A stretch of DNA of 64,000 nucleotides from Eledone cirrhosa (Eukaryota): positions 27,384-91,383 of the forward strand of contig CAXHJY010001206.1 in the NCBI GenBank assembly GCA_964016885.1. Direction: 5' to 3'. The notes under the pieces are model-generated. The model was not told the DNA's origin. It saw only the letters and a program-made list of their open reading frames with translations, and searched no databases. Of this stretch, positions 13,561-30,176 are shown piece after piece; within the stretch, counting starts at the first letter, position 1; the number at the start of each line of letters is the position of its first letter. Made by a program: the position numbers and the translations under genes.

Positions 13561-15124
13561 ACGAAAACTTGTGTGTTTTGTGGGTGTGGTGTTGGTGTCG
13601 GTATTGGTTTGAATGTGTTTGGGTTTGTCGTGTGTGTGGTGTCTGCATTTCTGTTGTGTGTGTGATGTGTGGAGTTTTTGTGTTCCCCCTAAACATTCTC
13701 CTAAGCATTGTTAATATAAGAGCTCTATGTGTTAAAGAATATCCATTTTGCTAATATAATACCATAACTTTTGCGTTACAGTATTTCTAATGAAATATAC
13801 TTTATTTCAATTTATTAATGAAGAGTTTTGAAGGATTTTTTTTTTTTTAATAATTATTTCATTACTAAGATAGCAACTTAATATGTGATTCTTAAATAAA
13901 ATTGTTGGAAGATTTAAAATTAAATAATAGGAACCCTTTAAAATGGGTTGTTTGTTTCAATGGTTTAGAAAGGGTTCGTAACAAAAGGATAAACACTTAG
14001 ATGTATCATTGTTTTTTCTCTTAGGTTTTGCCTCACCTTCGCTACTGGAAGACGATATATCAATGACTGTGATACCAAAGTAATAATAATGATAATAATA
14101 ATTTTATCCAGAAACCACGTCATATGAAGGATGCAGCCTGGTAACGACTATCTTCTCCATACAAGTAGTTGCTACAGGTCGGGGCATTGTTTGCGAAAAA
14201 TAGAGGCACGGATCGGTAGCTGGTTTAACGGGAAATATTGAAAGTTTCTGAGGTTCACTAAAGTTTGGTTTATATTTGGCTTTGATCCTCTGAGTTATAT
14301 GTTTACAAGTTAGGGCAATCATATTTGTATAGCCGTATGTATGATTCTGCATTGTGTATCGTGAAATAAATTTCAATGATCTATAATCCACAGCTCATTT
14401 TCTATTGGCAGCTAGAACGGATTATTTACTTTAGAGAGTTAAAGGAAATGTGCTATAAATAGAGAGGTAAGGTAAATGTAGGGGTATAAAAAATGGCTGA
14501 ATAGTGCTTGTATTGCTTCATTAATACATGTTGCCAACACTTGTGTCTCTATGCAAATTAAAGCAGATTATATTTATTAATACCTAAAATAAATATAATC
14601 ACACGAATTCCATATTTATTTTATAAACTGCGGTTAAAAATTGCTAACAATCTGCAGAATTGTGTCCAAGCCACCCCGAAGATGGATGAAAATAAGTTTC
14701 ATTAAAAAAAAAAAAGCTAAAACATAAAACAAAAAAAAAATCTAAAATAAAACTTTACTCTTAAATGTTTTCACTCTTTTATAAATTTTCTCCTACAAAT
14801 TTTGAGATAATATGCATTATTTTTCAAAATGCCGTTCTAATTTACACAATTGCTATAAATAAATTAGTTTCCTAGTTAGTAATTTTTTTAGAATGTGTAT
14901 TAGAGCGCTTGTAGCTATTCCATATTCTTAGTTTTTCTGACTGGAGATTAAAAGAACTAATTTAGAAAATGTCACATAGTCTATAACTTTCTACTTAAAA
15001 AAGATAAACTATGGTGCAATATTTCAGCTACCTAGGAGTTACGATTAAAGGTATTTCTGCTGTGACTATTCCACTATTTAACCTGTATGTACGACTATAT
15101 TATCTAATACGTTCTCTCTGTTAA

Positions 15125-15334
15125 CCCTTTAGCATTTAAACCGGCCATAACCAGCCATAATTATGTCACCTCTTTCCGTTCAACCGGCTGCTCAAACTGA
15201 TATTAAGGTATTGTTCTCAAAATAAATAATATCAAAATCTCATAGATTGGATATTATATGAGATAATTATATGAGGTAAATCATTTACCGGGAAAATATA
15301 ATAGTAAATATAGAGTAATGTAAATACTAAAGGG
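15125..15334. mobile_element. piggyBac-type MITE, ~210 bp
   Basis: TTAA at 15121-15124 and 15335-15338; imperfect TIRs CCCTTTAGCATTTA and TAAATACTAAAGGG. Confidence 0.75.
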
Positions 15335-15943
15335 TTAAAACAGCAATAGCGTATCGTTTGAGGAAAATTTGGATGCTGTTTCTAGTATGTCGAGGGACCA
15401 CACAAAGGCTCTTTCATTGGCTGTCTCATCGGTTTCTTAGCCCCGTTATAATTGTAGTTGTTGCAGTAGTTGTTTAACCCCTGGTCGAAATCAGAATGAG
15501 AATAACGGATGAACGCTGTTTCAACCACGATCGTCCAAATATTAACATAAGGTGTCCTCTTTTTCTAACATATAGATTTGGTTGCTATTTCCTGTTGGAT
15601 GATAGACCAAGTAGAATTTTACTTACTGTAAAAGGTAGGTTTTGATGATAGAGAGAGCAAGAAAGAAAGGAATATAGAGAAAGACGAACAAATAGATAGG
15701 CAGAGAATGAAGAAAAGGAGATTTGTGTGGCGACAATATGAAGACAGAAAACCAGGAAGTGAAGCAAGAAGAACTGGGAAAAGAATAACTATGAAGTAGG
15801 AAAGGAAAAAAAGACACACATTTTAAAAAAAGACTAAGAGAGAGTGAATGGAAAATTGAAAGAGTTGTTAGGTAAGAAAAAGAAAAGAGTGAAAAGGGGA
15901 ACAGTGTATGAAGAAAAAGTTATGAATATGAATAAAAACAGTA

Positions 15944-15975
<32 letters not shown>

Positions 15976-16181
15976 ATGAAATGACAGGAGGCTGGATTTG
16001 TGTAAATCCTTGAAAGGTTTATTATACTATGATCATTTCAATGGCCGGGTTCCGTATGAATCCGGTGATATCATCAGGTATTCGAAATATAATACGTGAA
16101 TGTAATAGATAAAATCCATGGGGCTGAAAATCGAGGACCCGAGGGCGACCGCTATTCTGTTCCTTCAACTTCAGCCGGTCG

Positions 16182-16209
<28 letters not shown>

Positions 16210-16212
<3 letters not shown>

Positions 16213-16268
16213 GGAACCAGTAAGACCCCGACGGCTGAGCTCAAGCCGTTTCGACGGCTAATTCTGGA

Positions 16269-16307
<39 letters not shown>

Positions 16308-16455
16308 TTTTTTTTTTTAGTCCAAAATTAGCCGTCAAAACGGCTTGAGCTCAGCCGTCGGGGTCTTACTGGTTCCTATTACCCACTCTACTACCCTAAG
16401 TATTGAGTACTTAGGTGCGTTATGGTCCACCTGGTTCCTTACCACATTTCCTTCG

Positions 16456-16460
<5 letters not shown>
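16210..16460. repeat. Unclassified dispersed repeat next to (TA)n, here with a fold-back palindrome; related copies at 21935-21990 and 51920-52055
   Basis: Shared segment AGCCGTCGGGGTC...ATTACCCACTCTACTACCCTAAGTA...GTTATGGTCCACCT...CTTACCACA. Confidence 0.75.
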
Positions 16461-16518
<58 letters not shown>

Positions 16519-16828
16519 GGGAGAGAGAGAGGGTGAAAAAAAATGATAGAGAGAGATAGAGATAGAGAAAGAGAATGAGAGAGATACAGGTGAAATTAAA
16601 GAGAGAAGAGTAGTAGTCAGAGTTAAAGTTAAACATGACAGAAAGGGAGAGACTGCAAGACAGATATTGTAAAAAAAGATCAGCACAGATGAGAGATAGA
16701 GAGAAAGAAGGAGAGAGAGAGAGAGAAAATAAATAAAGAGAAAATTAATTGGAGGAGAATTCAACAGATTTCAGAAAATAAGAAAGAGAGTGAGGGAGAT
16801 AACTAGATATACATATATATATTACACT

Positions 16829-16923
<95 letters not shown>

Positions 16924-16925
16924 GA

Positions 16926-16990
<65 letters not shown>

Positions 16991-17142
16991 GCGGTATGAG
17001 GTAATATGTGTCTGAATGTGAGTGTGTACATGTATTACACAGAATGAAATAGAATGAAAGAATAAGAAAGAAAGAGTTTTCTTTCGGACGGAGGAGAGTC
17101 TTCATGTTTAGTGTATATAAAAGTGTACATATATTTGTGTGA

Positions 17143-17198
<56 letters not shown>

Positions 17199-17258
17199 TT
17201 TATTAGGCTAAGTTTGAGAGTTGTTACTTTAGAGTTTCCCCCGCGTACTCACAGAAGC

Positions 17259-17299
<41 letters not shown>

Positions 17300-17300
17300 A

Positions 17301-17335
<35 letters not shown>

Positions 17336-17532
17336 GCGCGCGGGGAACAAACAGAGACAGCAATATTAAGAGAATGAAAGAATGAGAGAGAGAATGCTTA
17401 TTATTGGCGGGAGTGAAAGGAAAGATAAGAAGTCAACGAAAAGACAAACATACACGTACATTCACATATATACAAACATGTGTAACACACATACATACAT
17501 GCATATATAGAAATGAAGACATCTTAAACAAA

Positions 17533-17745
17533 ACACCACCCCCATTACCACCACCACCACCACCATCACCACCACCACCACCAACACCACCACCAACACC
17601 ACCACCATCACCACCACCACCACCACCATCACCACCACCATCACTACCACCATCACCACCAACACCCCCCATCCCCACCACCACCACCACCATCCCCACC
17701 ACCATCACTACCACCACCACCAACACCAGCACCACCAGCACCACC

Positions 17746-17776
<31 letters not shown>

Positions 17777-18327
17777 AAACCAGCACCAGCACTACCAGCA
17801 CCAGCAACACCACCACCACCACCACCATCACCACCACCACCATCACAACCAGCACCACCACCATCACCACCACAACCACCACCACCAACAACAACAACAC
17901 CACCACCACCACCACCACCAAAACCACTACTACCACCACCAACACCAACACCACCAACACCACCACCACCAGCACTAGCACCACCACCATCACCACCACC
18001 ACCATCACCACCACCACCATCACCACCACCACCATCACCACCACAACCACCACCACCAACAACAACACCACCACCACCAAAACCACCACTACCACCACCA
18101 CCACCAACACCACCAACACCACCACCACCACCACCACCACCACCACCACCATCACCACCACCACCATCACCACCACAACCAGCACCACCACCATCACCAC
18201 CACAACCACCCCCACTACCACCATCATCACCACCACCACCATCACCACCACAACCAGCACCACCACCATCACCACCACAACCACCCTCACTACCACCACG
18301 ACCACGACCACCACCACCCCACCAACA
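17533..18327. repeat. Degenerate (ACC)n trinucleotide tract, followed by (AAC)n/(CAG)n tracts to ~18830
   Basis: Direct reading. Confidence 0.92.
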
Positions 18328-18610
18328 TAACCAAAAAATTCAACACCATCAACGGCAACAACTACAATTACAACAACGACAACAATAATAAGAAAGAAGA
18401 AAAGAAAAAGAAGTTGAAGAACAAAGAAAGAAAGAAAGAAAGAAACAACAAAAAACAACAACAACAACAACAACAACAACAATAATAATAATAATAAGCA
18501 AAAAATCCAACACCATCAACAGCAACAACAATAAATACAACAACGACAACAAAAATAAGAAAGAAAGAAGAAAAGAAAAGAAAAAGACGTAGAGGAACAA
18601 CAACAAAAAT

Positions 18611-18647
<37 letters not shown>

Positions 18648-18980
18648 CCAACAACAACAACAACAACAGCAGCAGCAGCAGCAACAACAAAGGGTAAAAA
18701 AAAAAGTAAAGAAAACTGCGCAGCTGCAGGCATTTATATATATTTTTCTTACTGCACGAAAACAATTCTATTTGTGAGAAAATAGAGAGAAGAGATATAT
18801 AAACAACAACAACAACAACAACAATTACAAGAAAATGTAAATAAATAGAGGAAAAAAGGGAGATAGAAAAATAACTAAAAGCAAACAAATGATATAAAGA
18901 ATATATATATAAAGATTATATATATATATATATAAATATATTCTTAAACACATACATACACACACACACGCATATATATC

Positions 18981-19034
<54 letters not shown>

Positions 19035-19050
19035 CACATATATATGTATA

Positions 19051-19140
<90 letters not shown>

Positions 19141-19704
19141 AACGAGACATGCAAGGTATTTCGGAATAAGAAAATGGAAATATTGTAATAATTTCTTACT
19201 AAGGTACATAGACTGTGATTTATTGTTCTCTTTCTGAAACATTGTCAAAATGGAGATTATGTGAAATTCCTGCCTTTTTCGTTCTTTTTTTTTCTTTTTT
19301 CCTTTCGTTTTTTTTTCTTGTTTCCTTTCGTTTTTTTTTTTTTTCATATTCTTTTTTCACCAAGTGCGGTAGTGACGTAAGAGATGTTTGAGTGAAATGA
19401 AGTGAAGTGTAATAAATTTATTGTTGTTGTATAGCCCCAAGATTAGTCCTGATCTAGCAGACGCATGTGACTTACCTATGTTTTTTCAAGCAAGGTTTAT
19501 CATATGTCCACGAAGGAAGATTTGGAGAGAACATTGACTGTTGTGTGTTGTAGGATATAGGTTCTCTTGAGCAAGGAAGGATCTAGGTTTTAAGGTGGTT
19601 CTAGGTTTTAAGGCAGAAAGGTAAGTTCAAAAATAGGTAATACTGCAGATTTACAAACTTGCCCTCTAACTGGAGCCATGGTGCATATTTGCCTTACCAA
19701 TAGT

Positions 19705-19920
19705 GGTAGACTGGTATAATTATTAGAGCCTTGGAGAAAATGTTTAGGTGCATTTTGTAACAGTACTTTACGTTCTGAGTTCAAATCCGGTCGAGGTCAA
19801 CTTTGGCTTTTATCCTTCCGATATATCGATAATATAAAGTAGTAGTCAAGTATTGGGGTCGATTGAGGTTTCTCTCTTCACCAAAAATTGCTGGCTTTGT
19901 GCTTAAATTAGAAACCATTG
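19705..19920 (+). mobile_element. SINE family A, diverged long variant
   Basis: B-box GAGTTCAAATCC, core TTTTATCCTTCCGATATATCGATAA, tail GCTGGCTTTGTGCTTAAATTAGAAACCATT. Confidence 0.75.
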
Positions 19921-20001
19921 TTTTCTCTTCCAACTCACCAAACACTGAATGTTTGGATTCGATGTTGTGGCCAATTTCTTGACAATATCTTTTATTCCTT
20001 A

Positions 20002-21482
20002 CTAGCAGTAAAGCCCGGCGTTGCTCGGGGTCGCTCAGTAGCTGTGTTAAAGTTACAATGTTAAGTTTCTTTCTTGGCTTAAAAACTGTAGTGTCTACTG
20101 TGCAGACTTGCATGTGGTGTTTTTGATTAATATTCCCTCAACCAACAATATGCCTTATGAAGTTAAGAAAACATAACGATGACCCGAATGTTATAACAAA
20201 AGAGGATGCTGGGGATAGAAACTGCACTGGTTATTTATTAACAAAGATCGAAAATGTAAACACTGCAACGCAGAGAAAAACATTAGCGTAACCAAATTAT
20301 CAGTTATGTCTGTCTGCACGCCTATATCACCTCTCTGCACGACTGTCTGTCTGCACGCCTATATCACCTCTCTGCACGACTGTCTGTCTGCACGACTGTC
20401 TGTCTGCACGACTGTCTGTCTGCACGACTGTCTGTCTGCACGCCTAACGACGAAATATTTGCTTGTTTTACGTAGTCTTTAAATAGACTTGTTTTCAAGT
20501 AAAAATATTGTTTTAAAATGCTTTTAAATGGAAATGAAGCAAAACGGAAGCTTAGTGTTTGAACTGATGAATTTTGCAGGTCAATATTTTGCTGGCTCGA
20601 CAACTGTTAAAGACAGCGTAATTTTTTACGTAAGACGCTCAATGTAAACAGAACAAAGGGAAATAACTGATAACTTACGCTCAAAAATCGATACATTATA
20701 TTCGATTTCGTCACAGAGGGTGGGTCAATTTGAAATTTTTTTTTTCCGATGTCTTCGCTAGGGCTCAATGTACAAGTATAGCAATTTCGATGCAATTCCG
20801 TGAGAGATTCTAAGAGGAGATGTGTGCCAAAAATCGATAGACAGACAGACAACCACAGTTTTATATATATAGATGTCTGTCTGCACGCCTATATCACCTC
20901 TCTGCACGACTGTCTGTCTGCACGCCTATATCACCTCTCTGCACGACTGTCTGTCTGCACGCCTATATCACCTCTCTGCACGACTGTCTGTCTGCACGCG
21001 TATATCACCTCTCTGCACGACTGTATGTCTGCACGACTATCTGTCTGCACGCCTAACGACGAAATATTTGCTTGTTTTACGTAGTCTTTAAATAGACTTG
21101 TTTTCAAGTAAAAATATTGTTTTAAAATGCTTTTAAATGGAAATGAAGCAAAACGGAAGCTTAGTGTTCGAACTGATGAATTTTGCAGGTCAATATTTTG
21201 CTGGCTCGACAACTGTTAAAGCCAGCGTAATTTTTTACGTAAGACGCTCAATGTAAACAGAACAAAGGGAAATAACTGATAACTTACGCTCAAAAATCGA
21301 TACGTTATATTCGATTTCGTCACATAGGGTGGGTCAATTTGAAATTTTTTTTTTCCGATGTCTTCGCTAGGGCTCAATGTACAAGTATAGCAATTTCGGT
21401 GCAATTCCGTGAGAGATTCTAAGAGGAGATGTGTGCCAAAAATCGATAGACAGACAGACAACCACAGTTTTATATATATAGA
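20002..21482 (-). mobile_element. Non-autonomous Helitron with tandemly duplicated 5' end
   Basis: Minus strand starts A|TCTATATATATAAAACTG and ends with hairpin CCCGAGCAACGCCGGG then CTTTACTGCTAG|T. No TSD. Internal 609-bp direct repeat and a 16/37-bp minisatellite. Confidence 0.85.
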
Positions 21483-22000
21483 TTACAAAATCTTTCACAC
21501 AACGGCTATTAAGTGTCTTAGCTTAGAAATACCATCACAAATGAGAAGTATTCAATATATTAACTAACAATTATATACTGTACATATTGATATAATGAAA
21601 GAGATTTGAATTGAGACACAATACAAAGTTCTCGCTATTTGAGTAAATAAATTGCTAGACGTGATTAGGAGCTTTGTCGATTGTTTCCATAGAGGTTTCC
21701 TTCTGTATGTGACGTAGTTCGGTTGTAAGTTCGATTCATGGACAAGACACGATACTTTATGATTCTTCAGTTCATTAAACTAGAAACAAAATGAATAACA
21801 GCAGCAACTAGAGGTGGACGTTGTGACGGCCTGGCGCCACCATCCTGGGCGAGTATTGCACTCTAATTTACTTAACGCTGAGGCAACATGCTTCCCCTTG
21901 ATGAGCTTCATGGATTCATACAGAGTTTTTCGGTAACGTGGGTTCTTGTTGTTATGGTCCACCTCGTATCTTACCACACTTTCTTTGATATATATATATA

Positions 22001-22168
22001 ACTGTTTCTACGTTAGGCACAAGGCCAGCAATTACCCAGTGTATTACTGGTACTTTATTTTATCGACCCCGTAAGGATGAAAGGCAAAGTTAACCTCGGC
22101 GGGATTTGAACTCAGAACGGTGATGGCGGTGGATTGGCAGTATCGGTAGAGGGTCGGACGCCATGCTT
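22001..22168 (-). mobile_element. SINE family A with its 5' portion inverted
   Basis: 22001-22118 is the 3' part on the minus strand; 22123-22168 (GGCGGTGGATTGGCAGTATCGG...) is the 5' head on the plus strand. Confidence 0.8.
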
Positions 22169-22504
22169 TGAGTTGGAAGAGAAAGCAATGGTTTCTAATT
22201 TAAGCACAAAGCCAGCAATTTTTGGTGAAGAGAGAAACCTCAATCGTTATATATATATATATAACGGCGATGAATTAGCTTTGCGAGGTTTTTGATAAGA
22301 AATCGTGTGTCGAAACAAATATTGTTATACTTGGGGAGGGTCATATTTGTGTAATAATATTGCCAGAATTAATAACAGAACACACTCACTGTTTGGTTGG
22401 TTTTCGCTTCTGTGTCCTTTATATCGGTTAATTTAATTTATTCGGTCCTCAATGTTGCCATTGACTGACCCAAAAATACAGATACAATGTAGACAAAAAC
22501 ACAT

Positions 22505-24466
<1,962 letters not shown>

Positions 24467-26730
24467 TCACAAGAGGATAACTCACTCTTTCATTCTCTGG
24501 AAAAAATTGGCTGTGTTCCGAGCTAGTGAGGGATGGCTTTCAGCAGCTTTAAAATGCCCAAGATACGTCGTATCTTAGAACGACATATTTATAACCCCTT
24601 CAAGAGTTGAAAGCTCTTTATCCTTTTTATCTTTAGCGTTTCTGTTATTAGTTTTGCTGCTGTTGCTGGTGTAACTGAAGTGAAACCATTTATGTTGTTG
24701 TGGTTGTTGTTATTGTTGTTGTTGTTAGCCGTTAATGTCTCTCATTGACACTGATTGTGGTGATTCTGTAGGTAATAATGTCAACTCTTCTCTGCAGATC
24801 ATTACATCATTATCTCAACGTCTTCTCGTCTGTTTTATTATGTTTCACACGAGTTGTACTGATATACAACGCAACATTACTCTGTACTTACCAATTATGT
24901 TATTTTCTCTGTCAGACATTTCAATTCATTATTTGCCCACGAGATTATTTGCTCTGACTAATTATATTTCGGTCTATTCAGCATTACAATTTCTTTTGCT
25001 CTTTAACATTTGTAGATTTGCTATTAACAAATGTTTTAATTTTTGCCATGTTTGATATATTTGGCGGTATGGCCGCCAATATATGGGCAGATAACCCATG
25101 GGAGACAAACCATTAGCTTTATTGACGTACCTCGAAAAAATACCGGTCTGAAAGATGTATCAAATACGAGTAGTGATAATTCTGTGAGACGTCTGACGTG
25201 AGTTTCTTTCTCTGGTTCGATTGTAAAATTGGCTGAGATATGACAAGATGATGATATATGAATTATAAATAGTCATCTGAATCTAACTAATTCTTATAAG
25301 CTGCTTCAAACTTATTCCATGAGTATGGTATTAATTCCATCGCGAAAAGCAGTCCGTCGTCGTAAAAATAAAAGCTTCTATGCAGTCAGTCTAATCCTTT
25401 ATTCTGCTGAACTAAAACACCACAATGAAGAACAGAACGTTAGGAGCAAACCTATACTTCTTTAGTAGAAATATTAAATACCTTTTGATTAAGTCTTGAA
25501 AATACATGTTTCAATTTCAGTGCTCTGCCTGCAATATAAATCAAGTCGCTTAACTTTTAATATCTTTGCCACGGCTTCTCCTTTGTTCTACTTGAGTTTC
25601 TTGCTGAATTCATTGTAGCTAACCTGAGATTAATTTGTTGAGAAAAGAGAAAGGAACGATAAGAGGCCTTGATAGCAGTTGAAGCTAATTGCCATGGACA
25701 TAAAATAAGAGAAAATGTGGCAACATAAGAGAATGTATTTTTGTTTAGTTCCCGCTTGATCGTATCAATATGGTGTCGGATTCCTAACTGAAAGAAAGTC
25801 CACAATTTCACATCTTGTCAGTCAATGAACATTTTTCTTTCTAACGTCGCCGTTCATCTAGCGGCAAACAATTACCATAAATAGGTTTAAAAAAACAAAA
25901 ACGTGCAGTAATACCTACCTGACAAGTGTTTCAAGAGCTTGCGGAGTTAGGTTCAACCCCCTTCCATTGCTATAGATCCCAGAAGAGGCACACTACTTGA
26001 AAATACTAGTTCTCTAGCTATATTTCGTATAATGTGACGCAATGCCACCAATAAGCACCACACTTAGCACCATCATCCCCACCATCTTTCAACTTCCACC
26101 ACCATCACTAGCAACATCACAACACCAACACTTTAACTATCAATATTACCATATGATGTGTCTGCTAACAATATTGCAGTAGCTCTCCCTTTGTATTACC
26201 GAAAGTTCAAGAGAAGTGAACCGCATATCTTCATCGTGATACAAGAACTAGGAAACTTGAATTAAAATGTAATTTCATTGGTTAAGTTATTGCTGCAGCT
26301 ACTGCTGCTATAGCTGTGGTTTTGTGTTTTTTTTTTATTGTTGTTGTTATTGCTGTTGTTAAAACCTTAGGTCAGTTCTAAGAGAACATACCTATAATCA
26401 AATGTATTCCAGCCATGATTATCTCATCTCTTTCTATCTTTTTCAGACATCACGACCTAAGATGTCATTTTCTATTCTGTAACAAGGGAGAGTGGTGTTG
26501 ATTCGAGAGAAAATTGACTTCTATTTCTAGCAGATCCTGCATTGTTATTGTTACTACGGCTGCTGCTACTGCTGCTGCTGTTGATATTGGTTCTTACTTA
26601 CTTTTGCTTCCGTCTATCTGTTTTTCTTCACGTATTTATTTCAGTAGAGGTCTTCAGTTCAATTTCTTTATAATATCTTGCTTTCAAAAAACCCGACATC
26701 TTCATTATTATTATTAATATCATAAAGCCA

Positions 26731-26799
<69 letters not shown>

Positions 26800-26821
26800 G
26801 TTATTGTTGTTATTATTATTA
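26731..26821. repeat. (ATT)n microsatellite
   Basis: Direct reading. Confidence 0.95.
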
Positions 26822-27139
26822 CTTTCGTTTATAATCGCCGTCTTCATACATTTTCCTCGCGACCAGACAAAAGATGAAAGCTAAATATCCGTGCAAGCAA
26901 TATAATATCCATTCCATCCTTCTCACTTTAATTCTTTTTTCAGCTTCTTTACTTTTCTTAACCAGACTTACCATATTTTTACCCAACAACATCTTTCCCG
27001 CCTCACTCACCCGTTCTCCCCCCCCCCCTTCTCCCCCCTCTCTCTGTTTGTCTTCGTCTTTATGTATACATATTAACATACATATATACAGACACAAAAT
27101 TGCTAACATAAACATCGGCCCAACCATACACATTGCTGC

Positions 27140-27188
27140 ATATACACACATATATATATATATGTGTATATATAAATATATATATGCG

Positions 27189-27219
<31 letters not shown>

Positions 27220-27220
27220 A

Positions 27221-27316
<96 letters not shown>

Positions 27317-28196
27317 CGTGTGCGTGCGTTTGTGTGTGATGTGTGTATATATATATAGATATATATATACATACATGTATGCATATATACATATACAAAT
27401 ACATACGTACATTCAAACATACATAAATACATACGTACATACATACATACGTACGTACATACATACATACATACATACGCACACATACATACGACCAAAC
27501 ATACATACATACAAATATACAAACACACATAATACATACATACAAATATAGATACATACATACACACATACATACGCACACATACATACGACCAAACATA
27601 CATACATACAAATATACAAACACACATAATACATACATACAAATATACATACATACATACATACATACAAATATACATACATACACACATACATACATAC
27701 ATAATACATACACACATACATACATACATACATACATACATACACACATACATACGTACATACACACATACATACGTACATACATACATACATACATACA
27801 TACATACATACATACATACATACATACATACATACATACATACATACATACATACATACATACATACATACATACAATGTCACAATCTGTTTATATAAAC
27901 GTTTATTCGTCGCACATTCGTAGCTGTAAACCGATTCTTATAGTTGCTCTGAAGAAAACGTAATATCTTCACTGATTCCTGGTTTTGACAGCCAACCAAA
28001 TTCTGTAGACAACAAGACGATGTTATGTTCTCAAACGGATATATGCCATGCCAACACTTACATATATGGTTACTCTGACAATGACTTTTCCAAACAAACA
28101 TGAATTATATATACATACATACATACATATATATAGATACACACAAACATACATACATACATACATACATATACACACACACACACACATACACCT

Positions 28197-28272
<76 letters not shown>

Positions 28273-28324
28273 AAATATATGTACATATATATGTGTATAT
28301 ATATGTATATATAGATGTACATAT

Positions 28325-28385
<61 letters not shown>

Positions 28386-28450
28386 TGTGTGTGTTAGGTG
28401 TGTAACTACAGTTAATATATATATATAATATATATGTATATGTGTATGTG

Positions 28451-28526
<76 letters not shown>

Positions 28527-28790
28527 CACACACACAAGCTCACATTTAGGCGTACACATGCACACGTACATATATACACAGGCGTATACATATACATACA
28601 TAACATTTGTTGTGTTAGTATATAATATGAATATTTTATCTCTTCCGAATCTCGTCTGTCGCCAGCCACACGCACACACGTAGGTACACACAAATACACA
28701 TACATACACACAAATACACATACATACACACATATACGCATACATAGATGCTGCAACACAAACATAAACTTGGTATATAAACACATACGC
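27140..28790. repeat. Compound (TA)n/(TG)n/(CATA)n microsatellite field
   Basis: Direct reading. Confidence 0.93.
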
Positions 28791-29320
28791 TTACTCACAT
28801 TTATATATAGAATATTAGACATGTAAAACCACTATCACAACGAACACCAACAACATCACAACCATCAACTTCATCATCAGCATCATCATCAGCAACAGCA
28901 TCACCAACACCAAACGCCCCCGTCACCATCTTACCATCATCACCAACACAACAACACAACCATCACCTCTAACACCACCACCACCACCACCACCACCATT
29001 AATACTAACACCTCTATCAATACAACTAACGTTAACAATATCAACATCGCCAGGTCTAAACGACTTTCATAGACAGTGTCAGCCCCTTAAATATTCCCCC
29101 TTATCTACATCATCACAACAACACAACAACACAACAACACAACAACACAACCATCACCTCTAACACCACCACCACCACCACCGCCACCACCACCACCACC
29201 ACCACCACCACCACCACCACCACCATCAATACTAACACCTCTATCATGACAACTACATTAACAAGATCAACACACACACACACACACACACACACCATCA
29301 CGAACATCTCTATCACCAGA

Positions 29321-30176
29321 AATAATAGTTTCTACATTTGGCACAAGGCCAGCAATTACCCAGCAGTGCATTACTGGTACTTTATTTTATCGACCCCGAA
29401 AGGATGAAAGGCAAAGTTAACCTCGGCGGGATTTGAACTCAGAATGGCAAGGGCCGTAACTCTATGCGTCAAAGCATGGCGTGCCAATCCTCCCAGAAAT
29501 AATTGTTTCTACTTTAGGCACAAGGCCAGCAAATACCCAGTGTATTACTGGTACTTTATTTTATCGACCCCGAAAGGATGAAAGGCAAAGTTAACCTCGG
29601 CGGGATTTGAACTCAGAATGGCAAGGGCCGTAACTCTATGCGTCAAAGCATGGCGTGCCAATCCTCCCAGAAATAATTGTTTCTACTTTAGGCACAAGGC
29701 CAGCAAATACCCAGTGCATTACTGGTACTTTATCCTCCCAGAAATAATGATTTCTTATATAGGCACAAGGCCAGCAATTTTGGGGGAGGGGTAAGTCGAT
29801 TGAATCGACCCCAGTTCGTGACTGGTACTTTATTTTATCGACCCCGTGAGGATGAAAGGCAAAGTTAACCTCGGCGGGATTTGAACTCAGATCATAAAGG
29901 GCCGTAACTCTATGCAGCAAAGCATGGCGTCCGATGCTCTACCGATACTGCCAATCCTCCCAGAAATAATGATTTCTAGTATACGCAGTAATTTGGGGCT
30001 AGGAGGAAGTCGATTAAATCGACCCCAGTGCATTACTGGTGCTTTATTTTATCGACCCCGTAAGGATGAAAGGCAATTTAACCTCAGTGGGATTGGAACT
30101 CGGACCGTAAAGGACCGTAACTCTATGCTGCAAAGCATGGTGTCCGACTCTTTACTGATACAACCAATCCACCACC
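29321..30176 (-). mobile_element. Head-to-tail array of five SINE family A copies
   Basis: Units start near 29321, 29498, 29672, 29742 and 29964, each joined by TCCTCCCAGAAATAAT. Confidence 0.88.

Noticed and set aside
14010-14400. Possible small exon after a polypyrimidine-AG at 14024, and a 95-aa minus-strand ORF
   Set aside because: No recognisable domain and no partner exons; cannot be supported without transcripts.
17404-18482. Mucin-like Pro/Thr-rich ORF and antisense poly-Val ORF
   Set aside because: Degenerate (ACC)n tract with no ATG-led signal peptide or convincing splice sites; similar tracts occur at 28830-29240 and 54015-54480.
24495-24575. FRASEGWL motif resembling the pogo/Tigger CENP-B HTH
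   Set aside because: Too short and isolated to call a transposase; at most an old remnant.
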